37,061 nucleotides of DNA from Schmidtea nova (Eukaryota): NCBI GenBank assembly GCA_044892505.1, contig CM097883.1, forward strand, positions 132,680,001 through 132,717,061. Direction: 5' to 3'. The stretch's first letter is position 1, and every line of letters begins with the position of its first letter. Both the position numbers and the translations under genes were made by a program. This document shows positions 10,194 through 21,769 of the stretch, one piece after another. The notes beneath the pieces are model-generated. The model was not told where the DNA came from. It saw nothing but the letters and a program-made list of their open reading frames with translations, and searched no databases.

Positions 10194-10593
10194 ATGTGTC
10201 TCAAAACAACTTTGGTGAAATATGGTAAAGTTTTAAATTTATCATTTTTCTTTTTTATAATATTTATTTACAGATAAATTGATGGCCGTACTGTTCGGCA
10301 AAATGGAGGTAATGTTTCCAAGTCTGATGTCCAAACTAGTCTACACGGCTCCGGAGAATCTCCCAATCAAAATCCTTTCAATCACCGGGATTGATATAAA
10401 TAAAATAGTGTTTGACCATCTGGCCAACTTGGAAATGGAGTTGCCGTTCATGGCAGAACATATTCTTTGTGCCTACCAATACGGGCACTGCACGGAAAGA
10501 ATAGAGAAATACCGAATTTGGCTATTGAGAAAAGCTCTCAAAAATTTCGAGATGGAGTCTCGTAAAGAAAAAGAAGAAAACGAAGAAAAATAA
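10194..10593 (+). CDS. Two-exon orphan gene (10194-10224, 10274-10593), ~116 aa
   Basis: TATA-like TATATATA ~10152; ATG 10194; 49-bp phase-1 intron GTAAAG..TTACAG (10225-10273) splices in frame into ORF 10279-10593. The frame stays open ~30 codons past the TAA. Confidence 0.6.
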
Positions 10594-10809
10594 GAATGGC
10601 CCAACTGCACTCCCGATGAATCGATGGATTGCATCAGGCCGAATACTACAAATTCTCAGGCTAATTCTCCTTTAAATAGTGAACTCATTTTTTATTCGGT
10701 TTATTTTTGAATTTTCTAGATGTTATGATTCACAAATTCCCAAAATACTTAAAATTATCATGCAAAAATTATCTAAATAAAATTACGAAAATAAAATTTT
10801 TTTTTCTCC

Positions 10810-10985
10810 CATATCTTCTGACGATCCGTCCAGCCTTGCGTTGTGCAGATCTGTTAGTAGCCTGGGTGGATCGTTGTCTGATTGGTAATCGGCCAGCCCA
10901 TATTTCCACTTTAAGGTGAGGCTCATACATCCATAATCACGTCATCCCAACTGGGGAATCGTGGTATGGCCAAGAGCAAGGATTT
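10810..10985. repeat. Dispersed repeat family A, copy 1
   Basis: Shares GTAGCCT..GTGGATCG, CAGCCCATATT, CTCA.ACATCCAT.ATCAC and TGGGGAA...TGGCCAAG..CAAGG blocks with 26505-26690. Confidence 0.75.
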
Positions 10986-12779
10986 GTTATACTAATGATC
11001 TTTATTATAATAGAGTAGCATATTCTTATTATTTTACATAAGAAATTTCGTAATATAACACAACATTTTCTAACTCATGTCTTGAAATCTAAAATAGGAA
11101 ATATAACTGATTAAAAATCGACTCGTACTCACCTTCACCTTCACACTCTCAACAACGATCATCTTATGCGAAAAACACAAGAAAAATTGAAGCTAATGTC
11201 GAAAAGAAAATTGTTCGAAGTAATGCTCAAGCTAGTATAACGATCACGAAATGAAACGAATTGCGAAACAAGTATTGATTTGATTTTACTCGAGGTCGAA
11301 AATCTTCTTGAGGAATTTATAACTTATTTCATTTTATTTTTATTCAGTATATAAAACCTTTTAGATCAAATTCTTATTTGGATCGAAAAATTTGTAGATA
11401 AAAATTTGTTATGTGGATTTCATTTGGATAAAAATAAAATTTACTTTTTATTATAATGCAAAAATTTTAAAATGAAAAGCTGTAAACCAAAGATCTTCCT
11501 AATATTGTTATTCTATAAAAGATTTTGTCATTTTATAAAATTCAAAAGAATTTATAAATCAAGAATTGTATCCAAACCCAGAAAAATTATAAATCGAAAT
11601 TTTATTATCACATTAATAATTTTTATCATTTTATAAAAATCCAAATTCGAAATTTTATAGAAAAATTTTATGATTAATATATATATTCTAAAATATAAAA
11701 ATTTAAATTCAAAAACCTATATTATAAAAATTATAAATATTATCATTATTTAATTTTCATAAAATTAGAAATTAGAAATCCGTAAAAAGTATTATAAAAA
11801 TTAGTATTATTATTTTAATTTTAAAATTATTATTATTATTTTAATTTTAAAAATATTTTATATAATTTATATATAGTATATTATAACTACCCCCACGATA
11901 TCTCAAAATCATAAGGCATCTCTAATTGCAAATAATTACACCCTTTTCATTCAATAGCATCATCCATACTAATACACAAGCAACCTCTAATTAAAACACA
12001 ATATACACACATACACCGTATCATTCAATAACATTCAACAGTTATACACACACAAGCAAACCATACCAAAAATTCCACACAGACATGTTAGTTAGCATCG
12101 TACGTCTAACCACACTCAATTGTTCCCGTCACCTATCCACAAATCACACGCAAACACAACAGTAACAATAGAACACACAGTCATTATGTCTCGTCTCATT
12201 CAACTATGACGACATACAACTCATACATTCACAAACAATAGGAAAACACCCAAACCAGTTTTTTTTAATTGTATTCTAGTTAACTCATTTCACCAACACT
12301 AGTTTTCCCCAGCTCCCAATACCCCGGGTAAAAACAATTTCACCTATAGGCAATATAGTTCCTTATCCACATCAAAAAGATAATACGCAGCGAAATATAT
12401 CGAGCTAAAATCATGTATAACCAATTGAAAGGTCCTCTAACAAACTATATCCTCTTAATAGGATAAAATCGATTTCGCATAAAACTGAGTCCACATTACA
12501 ACTTTCAGTGTTGTATAAAGAGAAACCCAGACATAAAAAGTGTAACGATAATATAATAAAAAAATTATCATAACAAAATTAGAAAACTTTTATTTATTTA
12601 ACTACTCACAAATGAAACAAATATCCCAAGCGAAAAATATGGAAAACTTCATTCGCAATGTTAAATTTTAAAATTCCAGCAGGAAGACTTCTGGATAAGA
12701 ATGAAAATTGTCAGCGGTGAGATATCTTCAACTCTAAAATTAAAATTGATAATTGTGAGCTAACAAAATATTTGTTATG

Positions 12780-12975
12780 TTTACCTTCATGTCTATCAAA
12801 TGCCTTGGTCGAGAATTCTTTCCACATAGCCTTGCTGGTATTAACATCTAGAGCATAAATGAAAGGCATAAAAAGAAAAAGTTATTAAGTTGCCTTACCA
12901 GTCGATTTTTGTTTTTCAAAGTAATAAAGAATCTTTGTTCATGAATTGTTCCCACGTACGCCTGGGGTGTCGACC
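12780..12975 (-). pseudogene. Degenerate exon-intron remnant of unknown gene
   Basis: Two short exons bounded by TAG acceptors and GTAA donors with a ~57-bp intron; the second reads DVNTSKAMWKEFSTKAFDRHE; the first contains stops. Confidence 0.3.
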
Positions 12976-13399
12976 GTCAATTCCTAAAATAACGGCTAAA
13001 ATAAAAAAGTTTTTATAATATTTATATTACCTTTGAGGAGTTATTTGAATTGGTGTCGTTTTTGAGATGTGCCTTGATTATTCCAACAACGCTTTAAATT
13101 GTTTTTTGATAAGAATGAACATATTGGATTTAGATAAAAATTAAAGTTTTGGATTTTTAAATACAGGAAGAAAATTTATTTAAAAAAAAAGAAATTTTTT
13201 TTATTTATCCTGAATCGTAATATTATTTGTTATTTACCGTAAATTGTAATATTAGTGAAATTTCATGAATAATTAGTGTTTTTGATGCTCGGAATAATAT
13301 ATTTGGATGTAATAATAAATTTAAAATTATGTAGAATATTTATGTTGAATTTCCGATAATATTTTGATGAATACTTAAAGCTAAAACATGTAAGGAGGG

Positions 13400-13632
13400 A
13401 CAAAATGGGCATTAAACATTCTATCGGTAGCCCTTGGACCCAGGAGATATTCGGTCAATCATAGTTTCGTATTGACGACGCTCACTGATTGCGAATACCC
13501 ACCCACTTGTTACAGTACCAACGTTAAATAGTGACGGGTAACAAGATGGTAGTTTAAATGTTTTATGTGTTGAGTTGTTGATGAGAGCCATAGTAACGTC
13601 AAGGTCATATTGACGATCAACAACCCACCAAT
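13400..13632 (+). repeat. Dispersed repeat family B, copy 1
   Basis: TTCGGTCAATCATAGTTTCG and TTTTATGTGTTGAGTTGTTGATG...GACGATCAACAACCCACC blocks recur at ~21975-22215 (inverted) and ~32860-33028. Confidence 0.85.
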
Positions 13633-13997
13633 ATATATAATTGTCATTTTTATATATGTTGTCATTTTGTTATGATTTAATAAATGTATATTTATATATG
13701 TCTTCCTTTTTTTTATTTTAGTTTAGTTTATTTTAAAGTGAAAAAAGTCTTTAATGTAAAATAAATTATTAAAGTAAAAAAAAATCTTTAAAGTAAATTA
13801 ACTTTTTTAAAGTAAATAATTTTCTGTGATATGTTTTTAATTCTGAAAAAATAATTTTTAATATGATAAAAAACACGATAATTAAAGATGATCAACACTT
13901 TAATTAAACACGCATGCATACATACAACAAAGACACACACATATATGCATACTAACAAAGACATGCATATCATGTGCAGTTTGAATGCATCATTTTG

Positions 13998-14030
13998 ATT
14001 GGACAAAGGCATTACTCACCACTATAAATA
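13998..14030 (+). promoter_or_regulatory. Pol II promoter (inverted CCAAT + TATA) of ORF 14067
   Basis: ATTGG 13998-14002; TATAAATA 14023-14030, ~37 nt before the ATG. Confidence 0.5.
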
Positions 14031-14066
14031 CAAAGACAATTTTAAGATATTGTCACAATTTCAAAA

Positions 14067-14483
14067 ATGCCAGCTCGTAAATCAACTTATGACATTAGTG
14101 AAGAAAGAAAATTCAATAATGAAGTGAAACCGGTTCAAATGTATTTCGATTACAAAATTTTTTTCTTGGTACAAGAAATACCATTTCGTTTGTCGTATCC
14201 AGTGAAATTAACAAAGTTTTTGTATGACAATTTAGCTGCAAATCTAAGTAAAGAAGATGTTGTTGCACTAAATAAAGTTTTATTCAAAATCAATAACAAT
14301 TTATGTTGCAAGGAAACTATATGGATCAACAATCGAAAACCCCGTTTCCATGATGCTTTCCAATCTATCGAATACAAGGATCAAGAAAATTGGTTTATTA
14401 CCATAATAATTCAGGGATATAAAATCGATACAAAAGATGTTATAACTCCAATTTGGAGAATTGACAGTGCGCGATATGCATAA
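14067..14483 (+). CDS. Intact intronless orphan protein, 138 aa (probable Polinton accessory gene)
   Basis: AAAATGC start context; TATA upstream; AATAAA at 14509-14514; natural composition; beta-rich C-terminus WFITIIIQGYKIDTKDVITPIWRI. Confidence 0.7.
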   Translation: MPARKSTYDISEERKFNNEVKPVQMYFDYKIFFLVQEIPFRLSYPVKLTKFLYDNLAANLSKEDVVALNKVLFKINNNLCCKETIWINNRKPRFHDAFQSIEYKDQENWFITIIIQGYKIDTKDVITPIWRIDSARYA

Positions 14484-14623
14484 ATGTTATTTTATAAATG
14501 TTATATTCAATAAATTTTAGTAATTTCAAATTTAGTTTTTGATTTTTCGAATTTTTATAAGTCTTTGAAGAATTTTTTATATGTTTTATTATTGTTATTA
14601 TTATTTATAAGTTTTTAATTTTT

Positions 14624-14811
14624 NNNNNNNNNNNNNNNNNNNNNNNNNNNNNNNNNNNNNNNNNNNNNNNNNNNNNNNNNNNNNNNNNNNNNNNNNNNNN
14701 NNNNNNNNNNNNNNNNNNNNNNNNNNNNNNNNNNNNNNNNNNNNNNNNNNNNNNNNNNNNNNNNNNNNNNNNNNNNNNNNNNNNNNNNNNNNNNNNNNNN
14801 NNNNNNNNNNN
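14624..14811. other. N-gap or hard-masked stretch
   Basis: 188 N flanked by TTA-rich low-complexity sequence. Confidence 0.95.
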
Positions 14812-15029
14812 ATAAGTATTATTAGTATTTCCATAATAATACATGTGTGTTTATTACAAATTAAAAATTTAAGTTTTAATATAAGTATTCGAAAAATTAC
14901 AACAAATTTCATTAGTCTTTGTTTCGTTGCACATGGATTGCAATGTCTTTGTTTGAATTGGGGTAGGAAATAGTCGTTGAAAATAATTACATAACACACA
15001 AACACACATACACCATACTCGTCTGACAA

Positions 15030-15360
15030 TTACCTTTTGTTTGATATACATATTATAAAGTTTTAAAAATTTGAACCTCGGACCCTTCAAGGGTATGACC
15101 TTTGTGTGCACATCTCAATTAGCTTTTGTTTGATACCCATATTATATATATTTTAGACCCTTTAAAGGTTGAGCACCCACCATACACCTTCGACGGTATG
15201 ATCACCATACTCACTTCTCAATAACCTTTTGTTTGATACCCATATTATATGGTTTGAAAAAAGTTGAAGGTTTTTGACCCTTTAAGGGTCAATGACCCTC
15301 CATAGACCTTCAAGGGTATGACAATTGGATAGACCTCTTCAAGACCTTTCGAATGATACC
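15030..15360 (+). repeat. Three degenerate ~90-110-bp tandem units
   Basis: TTTTGTTTGATAYMCATATTATA near 15035, 15124 and 15226, each followed by GACCCTTYAAGGGT-type palindromic motifs. Confidence 0.7.
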
Positions 15361-15407
15361 CTTGTTTGAAGGTTTGATCTTTGGAAATTCAAATTTGAAA
15401 TTTGAAA

Positions 15408-15605
15408 TAACTCATCGATGACGTCATAAAATTCAAATTTGAAATGAGTCATCGTGATGAGTCATCCTCGATGAGTAATACCTATGCGTCATCCGGATGA
15501 GTCATAAAACATTTTCCCCCGTGGGGAGGCGGTAGAGAAAAAATGAGTCATTGATGAGTCATATGTCTTTGTTCTCGATGACTATCTACTTCATAACTAT
15601 CTACT
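15408..15605. promoter_or_regulatory. Dense AP-1/CRE-site cluster ending in a duplicated AGTAGATAGT terminus-like motif (candidate Polinton TIR end)
   Basis: TGAGTCA at 15445, 15458, 15498, 15544, 15555; TGACGTCA at 15419; variants TGAGTAA and TGCGTCA; ACTATCTACT at 15581 and 15596. Confidence 0.6.
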
Positions 15606-17012
15606 TATGAATCAATGTGTATTATTATGTAATAACTATATGAAGCAATATGTTCTTCTGTAATAAACTTCAATATTATGTCATAGGTCTAAAGAATTTG
15701 AGAAATCTCATGCAATTTTTGTATTTTTACGTAAAACTTATTCAATAAAAATGGATAATTATGCAATTATTGAAATAAAAATATAAAATCACGTATTTTT
15801 TACGTTGAAATTACGTTAATTTCCAAAATAAATTAATGGTGTGGCCTATTCAAAAACATATTGGGGGTCTCTGGGATATTTGGTTTAATCTAGATAGCTA
15901 AAATTCCTCTACTGGAGAGTTGTTAAGAGTGTTATAAATGAGCTATCAAAAGATAGTTAGCATTAACATAGGAATAATCTGATCATCCCGAGGAGAGAAG
16001 GTCGAATTGGACTGATCATCGCAAATCATGGGATGAGTCGACGATTTTTTCTGCATTTTTGAATTAGGGGAAAAATTTTATCTATTTTAGAAAGCAAATC
16101 TATGCTAAAAGCATAGTTAGAGTAATGGTGCATATAAATTAAAATAAAATAGGAATTTAGCAATATTAGAAAAATTGTGAATTATTTATAAAGAAAATTA
16201 GGTCTGATGAATGAATTTCATAGTAGTGCTATAAGAGAAATAAGTTATAGGTATAAGAAAAATTAAAATAAAAAAGATAATGTTTAATTAGAAAAAACGT
16301 GAGAAATAATAATTTAAGGTATGCCGGGAAGTTTTATATCTTTTCATTGGTCAAGGATTTTATAAATTAAGATAGATAGAGAATTTAAGAGTAATAGAAG
16401 ATATAGAGATGTGAAAATTAAAGAGAAATAAGATCGCAAACTTCTAAAGTTATCCGCCAACAACTCTATCATTGGTTATTTACTTTTAGTATATCATCGC
16501 AAACTCTGACCATAGTTGGAACAACTTTACTTGCTATTTATATCATATTTCTATCAATGATAACAAAGACATTCAATATGAAATAGTAATATCAAAATGA
16601 AAACAAATGAAAATACTGCGGGAATCTATGTTTAAAGATCAAATCAAAATGCTTATCGGAATAGTTGCGATTCCCATAGTAGATCTATCGAAATCTATAA
16701 ATAAAAAATATTTACGAAATATCCAATTCCATTCATCGTAACGATAGCGAATCGCAATCAAATAAATCAATTATTTCTAAAAACAATTCAAATACTCTCC
16801 TCTCATTAGTCCGCCTAAATTTAGTAACACTCTTCATTTTATTTTTATATAAAATTCAATGCGATTCTGATGTGAATAAAATCAAAATTCTATCAATGCA
16901 TTTCAACAGTTTCATCAAGATTTTGTTTATATCGATTTATCAGTTCAATTTCCAATTGGAATTGGCATCAAGTCTCTGTGCTCCAATGCATTCACAATCG
17001 TCCATTAGAGGA

Positions 17013-17348
17013 ATGCTCCTACTACTCAATATAACAATTCCATTGGCATTGAATGACAGTTGCAGAAATGACAATATTCAATATTATAATAATAGCAATG
17101 ATAATAACATTATCAACGGCACAGGTCCCGCTCAACATTTCCGATGCAATTATAACATGTCAGTGAATATCAATCAATGTCGAGAACCTCCAGTAATTGT
17201 AGAAGCGATTTGTGACGAGATTAATCAATGCAAACAGGCGTTTGTTCCGACATTGATTGAGCTGCAACAATGCCCGACATCGGATGGAGGATATTCAATA
17301 TTGCACACAACCGTTGTATATCAAAGGCGGACCGGATGTGAATTGTAG
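17013..17348 (+). CDS. Small Cys-rich, probably secreted protein (weak SUEL/galactose-lectin-like Cys spacing)
   Basis: Hydrophobic MLLLLNITIPLALN start; N-x-S/T sites; 7 Cys; AATAAA downstream (~17403). The ORF could start at 16872. Confidence 0.45.
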   Translation: MLLLLNITIPLALNDSCRNDNIQYYNNSNDNNIINGTGPAQHFRCNYNMSVNINQCREPPVIVEAICDEINQCKQAFVPTLIELQQCPTSDGGYSILHTTVVYQRRTGCEL

Positions 17349-17471
17349 ACGTCATTGAGATACTTTTATGTATTTATTCGAGATTATTTTATTATTTGTA
17401 TTTAATAAATGTTTTGAAAAGATAATCGTTTTGCCCTAATTTTTATAAATTATTAAAATAAAAAATGAAAG

Positions 17472-17520
17472 CCGTTGTATATCAAAGGCCGGCTGCATGT
17501 AAATTTTAGACATCATTAGA
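17472..17520 (+). repeat. Partial duplicate of the 3' end of the 17013-17348 ORF
   Basis: CCGTTGTATATCAAAGGC...TGT.AATT.TAGAC.TCATT matches 17311-17360. Confidence 0.75.
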
Positions 17521-18253
17521 AGATTTCTTATTTTAAAAATATATTAAAACTTGAAAAATCAAATCAAAAATTTTTCACATCTATCTAGTCTTGTTTTTTT
17601 CAACGTAAAAGTGATTCTCAATGTAGAACACTGTTTAGTAAGTAAAAATTATCATATCAAAAAATTATCATATTACTCTACACATATTAATTATAGTGTT
17701 TCATTAATAATTATAGTTAACAAAAATTATTAATAGTTACAAATATTATTTATAGTTTGCAAATTTTATTTAGTCTACATTTTGCATTCGAGAACATTAA
17801 AATAATGTAAATTTAAATTGAGACGTAAAGAACTTTCACAATGAATAAACAGTAGAAACAAGCATTAAAAATATAATTAAAACACAAAAATAAAAATATA
17901 TTATCAAAAAATATACTCCACTATCTACTTACTTTTGTGATATAAATATATATATATATAAAATACACAATTTAACAAAATGTTAACATTATAAATTAGT
18001 AGAGTAATAAATTGTCAAAATATATCCCAATAAAAACATGCACAACAAAAATTCATATTCTGGCTATCAAATTGAAATAAAATGGAAACTAAGTTGCAAA
18101 ATTAATGTAATAATTGTTCAAAATAAAATCCATAATAATGCCAGATTAATTATTATTAATTATCCAATTAATTTTTTTGTCTAATTTTGACATCTGCATT
18201 GTATGATTACACTGAATATTTTATGACTCTGGGTGTGCCTTATTTCATTACTA

Positions 18254-19334
18254 CACCAGTTTTCGTTCGATAAAAGTATATCTATAATATAAAAAATAAA
18301 TAACCAATAGAAAATGATAACTTACGTTGATGTTATCAGCTGATTTTACGTCGTTTAAAAGTTTTAGTATGTGGTAGACAATCTATGAGAAAAAATAAAT
18401 TATGCACACAAACACAACACACAATGAAAATTGCATGCAAATTTTTAAGGGTACATTTTTTTACGCGTTTAAAAGTCCTATAATTTATTTATTTATTTTT
18501 AAAATATGATTTTTAGGTAAATTTTTGGAATATTTTCTAAGGGAGTTGTCTAGAAAATGGATAAATAACATCGTAAGTTTTATTTTAATATAAAATTTCA
18601 TATATTTACAAAATTTATATGACAAAATTTTCCTTTTTTTCAGTAGCCAAAAAATAATTTCGTCTAATTATTTTCAAATTATAGACAATTAAACATATTT
18701 ACTCTGCAATTTGGATCATTTTGAAGTCTCATATAATACAGGACGATAAAATTTGGCAATTCTCGAAATAAAAAATTAAGCTTAATTAAATTATTTCTTG
18801 GAATATCCAAAAAATATTTCAAAATTAGAAATAATTATTAATTAAAAATGATTTTTTAACTTACGTTAAATGAAAATAATTCCCAAAAAAATGTTTAAAA
18901 AAATCATGATTTCCTAGAAAGTATTTAATAATAAATAAAAATAAGTGAAGAACAATTATAATGGAATTTCATTAATAAACTATTGTTAAAAAATATTTTT
19001 ACTTACGTTTAATGAATAATACTTCCAAAAAAATTCATAAAAAATCATATTTTCCTAAAAGCTAATAAATATAAAATAAAATAATATTGAAGAATATAGA
19101 TAAACTTTCAAAGCTTCTATAGTGATCTAATATCATTGTAAAATCAAAACAGAAACCTTAAAAGATATCTAAATAAATAAAATTACCTGATAGCCATTTT
19201 AAAAAATGGCTAAATGAAAAATAAATAGCTAAATAAAAATGTAACACAAAAAATTAAACAAAGTAACTATGAGTAACAAGTAGATGTACACATCTACTTG
19301 TATCATAGTTACTTTTAATCAACGAAAACTGGTG
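18254..19334. mobile_element. Non-autonomous TA-flanked DNA transposon (Tc1/mariner-like), 1,081 bp
   Basis: TA|CACCAGTTTTCGTT(C)GATAAAAGTA ... TACTTTTAATCAACGAAAACTGGTG|TA; ~25-bp imperfect TIR; no transposase ORF. Confidence 0.7.
19260..19315. repeat. Near-perfect 56-bp palindrome
   Basis: AAAGTAACTATGA/TCATAGTTACTTT and ACAAGTAGATGT/ACATCTACTTGT stems with a 2-nt loop. Confidence 0.85.
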
Positions 19335-19843
19335 TATCACGTATCATGTGACTTTCCCTCTGCACACTCACGTTCATTTTACAGCTATTTAAGTCCGCTC
19401 CATAATTATCACTTATGATAATCAAATATTGACCATATAGAACCAATATAAACGAATCTAAAATTTAATCTATGACATTAGATTTTCTAGTAATGTTTTA
19501 TAAATATGAGTATCGTAATTATTCAATATAAAATACACGGATGAAATTGTTGAACGAAAGCTGAACTAATAAATCATGTTTGGTTGAAGCGCTAACAGCA
19601 TGCACACAAAAAGAAACGAATTAAAAGATCAAGATAATGCATAAGAGCACTAAGCAGGAAAATAGTAGGAAAAGAACATAGAATATTTAAGCACAAATAG
19701 TAGGTATATGAACCACATTTTATAAGTCGGTGGAGATAGGAATAAAATTGATAGGATAGAAACATTTGAAAAGAGTGTGCGAAATTTGAGTACAAGTCGA
19801 TTTTACATACGAAAGACCACATGAAAATTTAATGGGGAAGTTC

Positions 19844-19940
19844 ATTGTTCGCATATTAAATGCGAACAAGAATGATCAAAAATAAAATTGGTATTTAAAT
19901 AAAGAATGCAATTTATTAAAAATTATAGAAGAAATCACCA
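19844..19940 (+). repeat. 97-bp direct repeat, copy 1
   Basis: Nearly identical to 21770-21866; on the minus strand each copy is followed closely by an ATG. Confidence 0.85.
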
Positions 19941-20177
19941 ATTGTTTTAAAGTAAGGCGACCTACCTTGATAAGAAGCCTCAAACTTTATTTAAAAAAAA
20001 ATTTGTTGTTCCATTTCCTTTCGGACCAGCCCGGCCGCAGATTGATTTCTATTTTTCTTCCTTGTTTTAATAGATTCTCTCCTCATAGCCATGATCCGGG
20101 GACCAATGCCTTAATTATCAGAACATCATTCAAAGTCAGCATACCGGATTGACATTCATTGAGAATAGGGATACCAG

Positions 20178-20250
20178 CATCAGGCATTCGGTATCATCCA
20201 TTCTATCAGGCATTCACTATCAGGCATTCGGTATCAGACATTCGGTGTCG
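20178..20250 (+). repeat. Short tandem repeat (ATCAGGCATTCGGT-like, ~4-5 units)
   Basis: Recurrent ATCAG(G/A)CATTC motif. Confidence 0.7.
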
Positions 20251-21765
20251 GGCAATCAAGGTATTAGGCAGTTCAATGTCATATTTCTCTAATGTATATC
20301 TGATCAGTTCTGGATCAGGTGATATAATGCACAGACCACCTTGATAAAATAAGTGTCCTTTTAGGGCGATATTAATAATTTCACGACTCGTAATGTGATA
20401 AAAATTAAACGTCTCTTGGATTATTTCATCTTTTATACATAAGTATGGGAACCATTCTTCGGTGTTAAGGTAATAGATATCAATGTTGTTGTTATTTTTC
20501 AAGCTAATTTCGATCTTGATCTTATGCAAGTTATATAGAAAATCCGGTTGGTCTATACAAGGCCTAGGTGGTATATGTGATTCTGACATTCGATATTCTA
20601 TATTGTTTTCTTCACCAAACGGGCTACAGTTTTCATCATAAATTACTTCAATTTCATCAGCGGATAGGGTTAATGCACTAGAGCCTCGAGTTGCGTCGTT
20701 TATGCGTTACAATAAATCGCGACGCATCTCGAAACAACGCAATTCGAATTTTAATTTTGTATACATTTGTACCTGTTTTTATATAATAGGTTCCGATAAA
20801 ATCTGAAATCCATGTTTTTAAAAAAAAAATTAGTTATATTGCTACATATTTAAATAAAAAATAGGTATGAATAGATTAACTATTATTTAATAAGTTTTAT
20901 TAAACCAAAACTTTTTTTTAAACTTTTTTTCGACGCATTTCGAAATTTAGCAACGCAACTCAAAATTAGGGTATCAAAAATTTTTGTGGCGCAACTCGAA
21001 AGGACGCAAGTTGGAACAACGCAACTCGAGGCTCTAGTGTATATTTTTAAAATCTAGTATGTCATTCCTCTAGAGGGCTTCAGACCAAACTACATGAAAA
21101 TCATAGCCAATATGATAAAGAAGTTTAATGTTTTCTTCATTTGTTGTTCTTAAGGATGTGGCTCATAAATACACAGTATTGTTCAATCGCTGCTGAGACA
21201 TGTTCATCATTCATTTTAAGTAATTGTTCTATAGAGATATTATTTTCGGAGTTGTAGATTGCCCAGTGAACCGGGAAGTATTTAAGCAAGTATTTTATTA
21301 ATTTGAGTGGTCTTATGTTATATTTCCAAATAATGATTTCATGCCTTCCAACAACATAGTCACAATCTTCGCAGTTGTAATCAGAGCAGTCTTTATCATA
21401 ACTATAATCATCGAAGCTGCTATCATCAGCATTGGCATCGGCGGATTTGTTATTTTCAAGACTGCCATAGTCTGTGTTGTCGTCACTATGGATGTGATCA
21501 GTTTCATTTCTAGTATGAAAGCCACTATCTTCAAATTCAAGACTGATGTTTTTTCAGTATCATCATTAGTGCTGCTATTATTTTGGCTGTTATTTTTAAT
21601 GTTGTTATTTTCGAGGCTGTTATGCTCTAAACTGTCATAATCTGGGCATTCATCATAAAAGATGTTATCATTTCTGTTTTCAGTATCAAAGCCGCTATCT
21701 TCAAACTCGAAGCTACTGCTTTTTCCTGTAGAAGAGCAATTTGATTAGACATTTTGAGTGTCCAT
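20206..21765 (-). pseudogene. Degraded gene of unknown function with duplicated acidic N-terminus, interrupted by a MITE
   Basis: ATG 21765; SS(F/L)EFEDSGF occurs twice; D/N/S-rich region; several stops and frameshifts. Removing the MITE plus one TA restores RNDILDFKNILTLSADEIEV... in frame with ORF 20206-20589. Confidence 0.55.
20676..21039. mobile_element. MITE, 364 bp, TA target (left TA appears mutated to TG)
   Basis: TIR CACTAGAGCCTCGAGTTGCGT..GTT / AAC..ACGCAACTCGAGGCTCTAGTG; internal ACGCA(A/T)(C/T)TCGA motifs repeated ~7 times. Confidence 0.85.
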
Positions 21766-21769
21766 GTTT

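Larger units (their letters stand above)
1..15605. mobile_element. Outer Polinton/Maverick (adintovirus-like) element; left part lies outside the window; right boundary tentative
   Basis: Packaging ATPase, pX/pVII-like core ORF and accessory genes at 36-10593. Putative terminus ACTATCTACT (reverse complement AGTAGATAGT, resembling the inner element's AGTAGGGGATAGT end) at 15581-15590 and 15596-15605. 10.7-13.7 kb contains host-like dispersed repeats, so continuity to 15.6 kb is not proven. Confidence 0.55.

Noticed and set aside
10955-10975. 5S rRNA or 5S-derived SINE (minus-strand GGCCATACCAC)
   Set aside because: Only an 11-nt match, no A/C boxes, and not conserved in the second copy at 26.7 kb.
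14601-15111. ORFs spanning N-runs (also 34760-35200 and 35445-35981)
   Set aside because: Artefacts of translating Ns and microsatellites.
21341-21640. Hydrophobic 'membrane protein' ORFs 21341-21640 (+) and 21313-21540 (-)
   Set aside because: Alternative frames of the Asp/Asn/Ser-rich degraded gene; GAT/AAT-rich codons generate Ile/Met-rich shadows.
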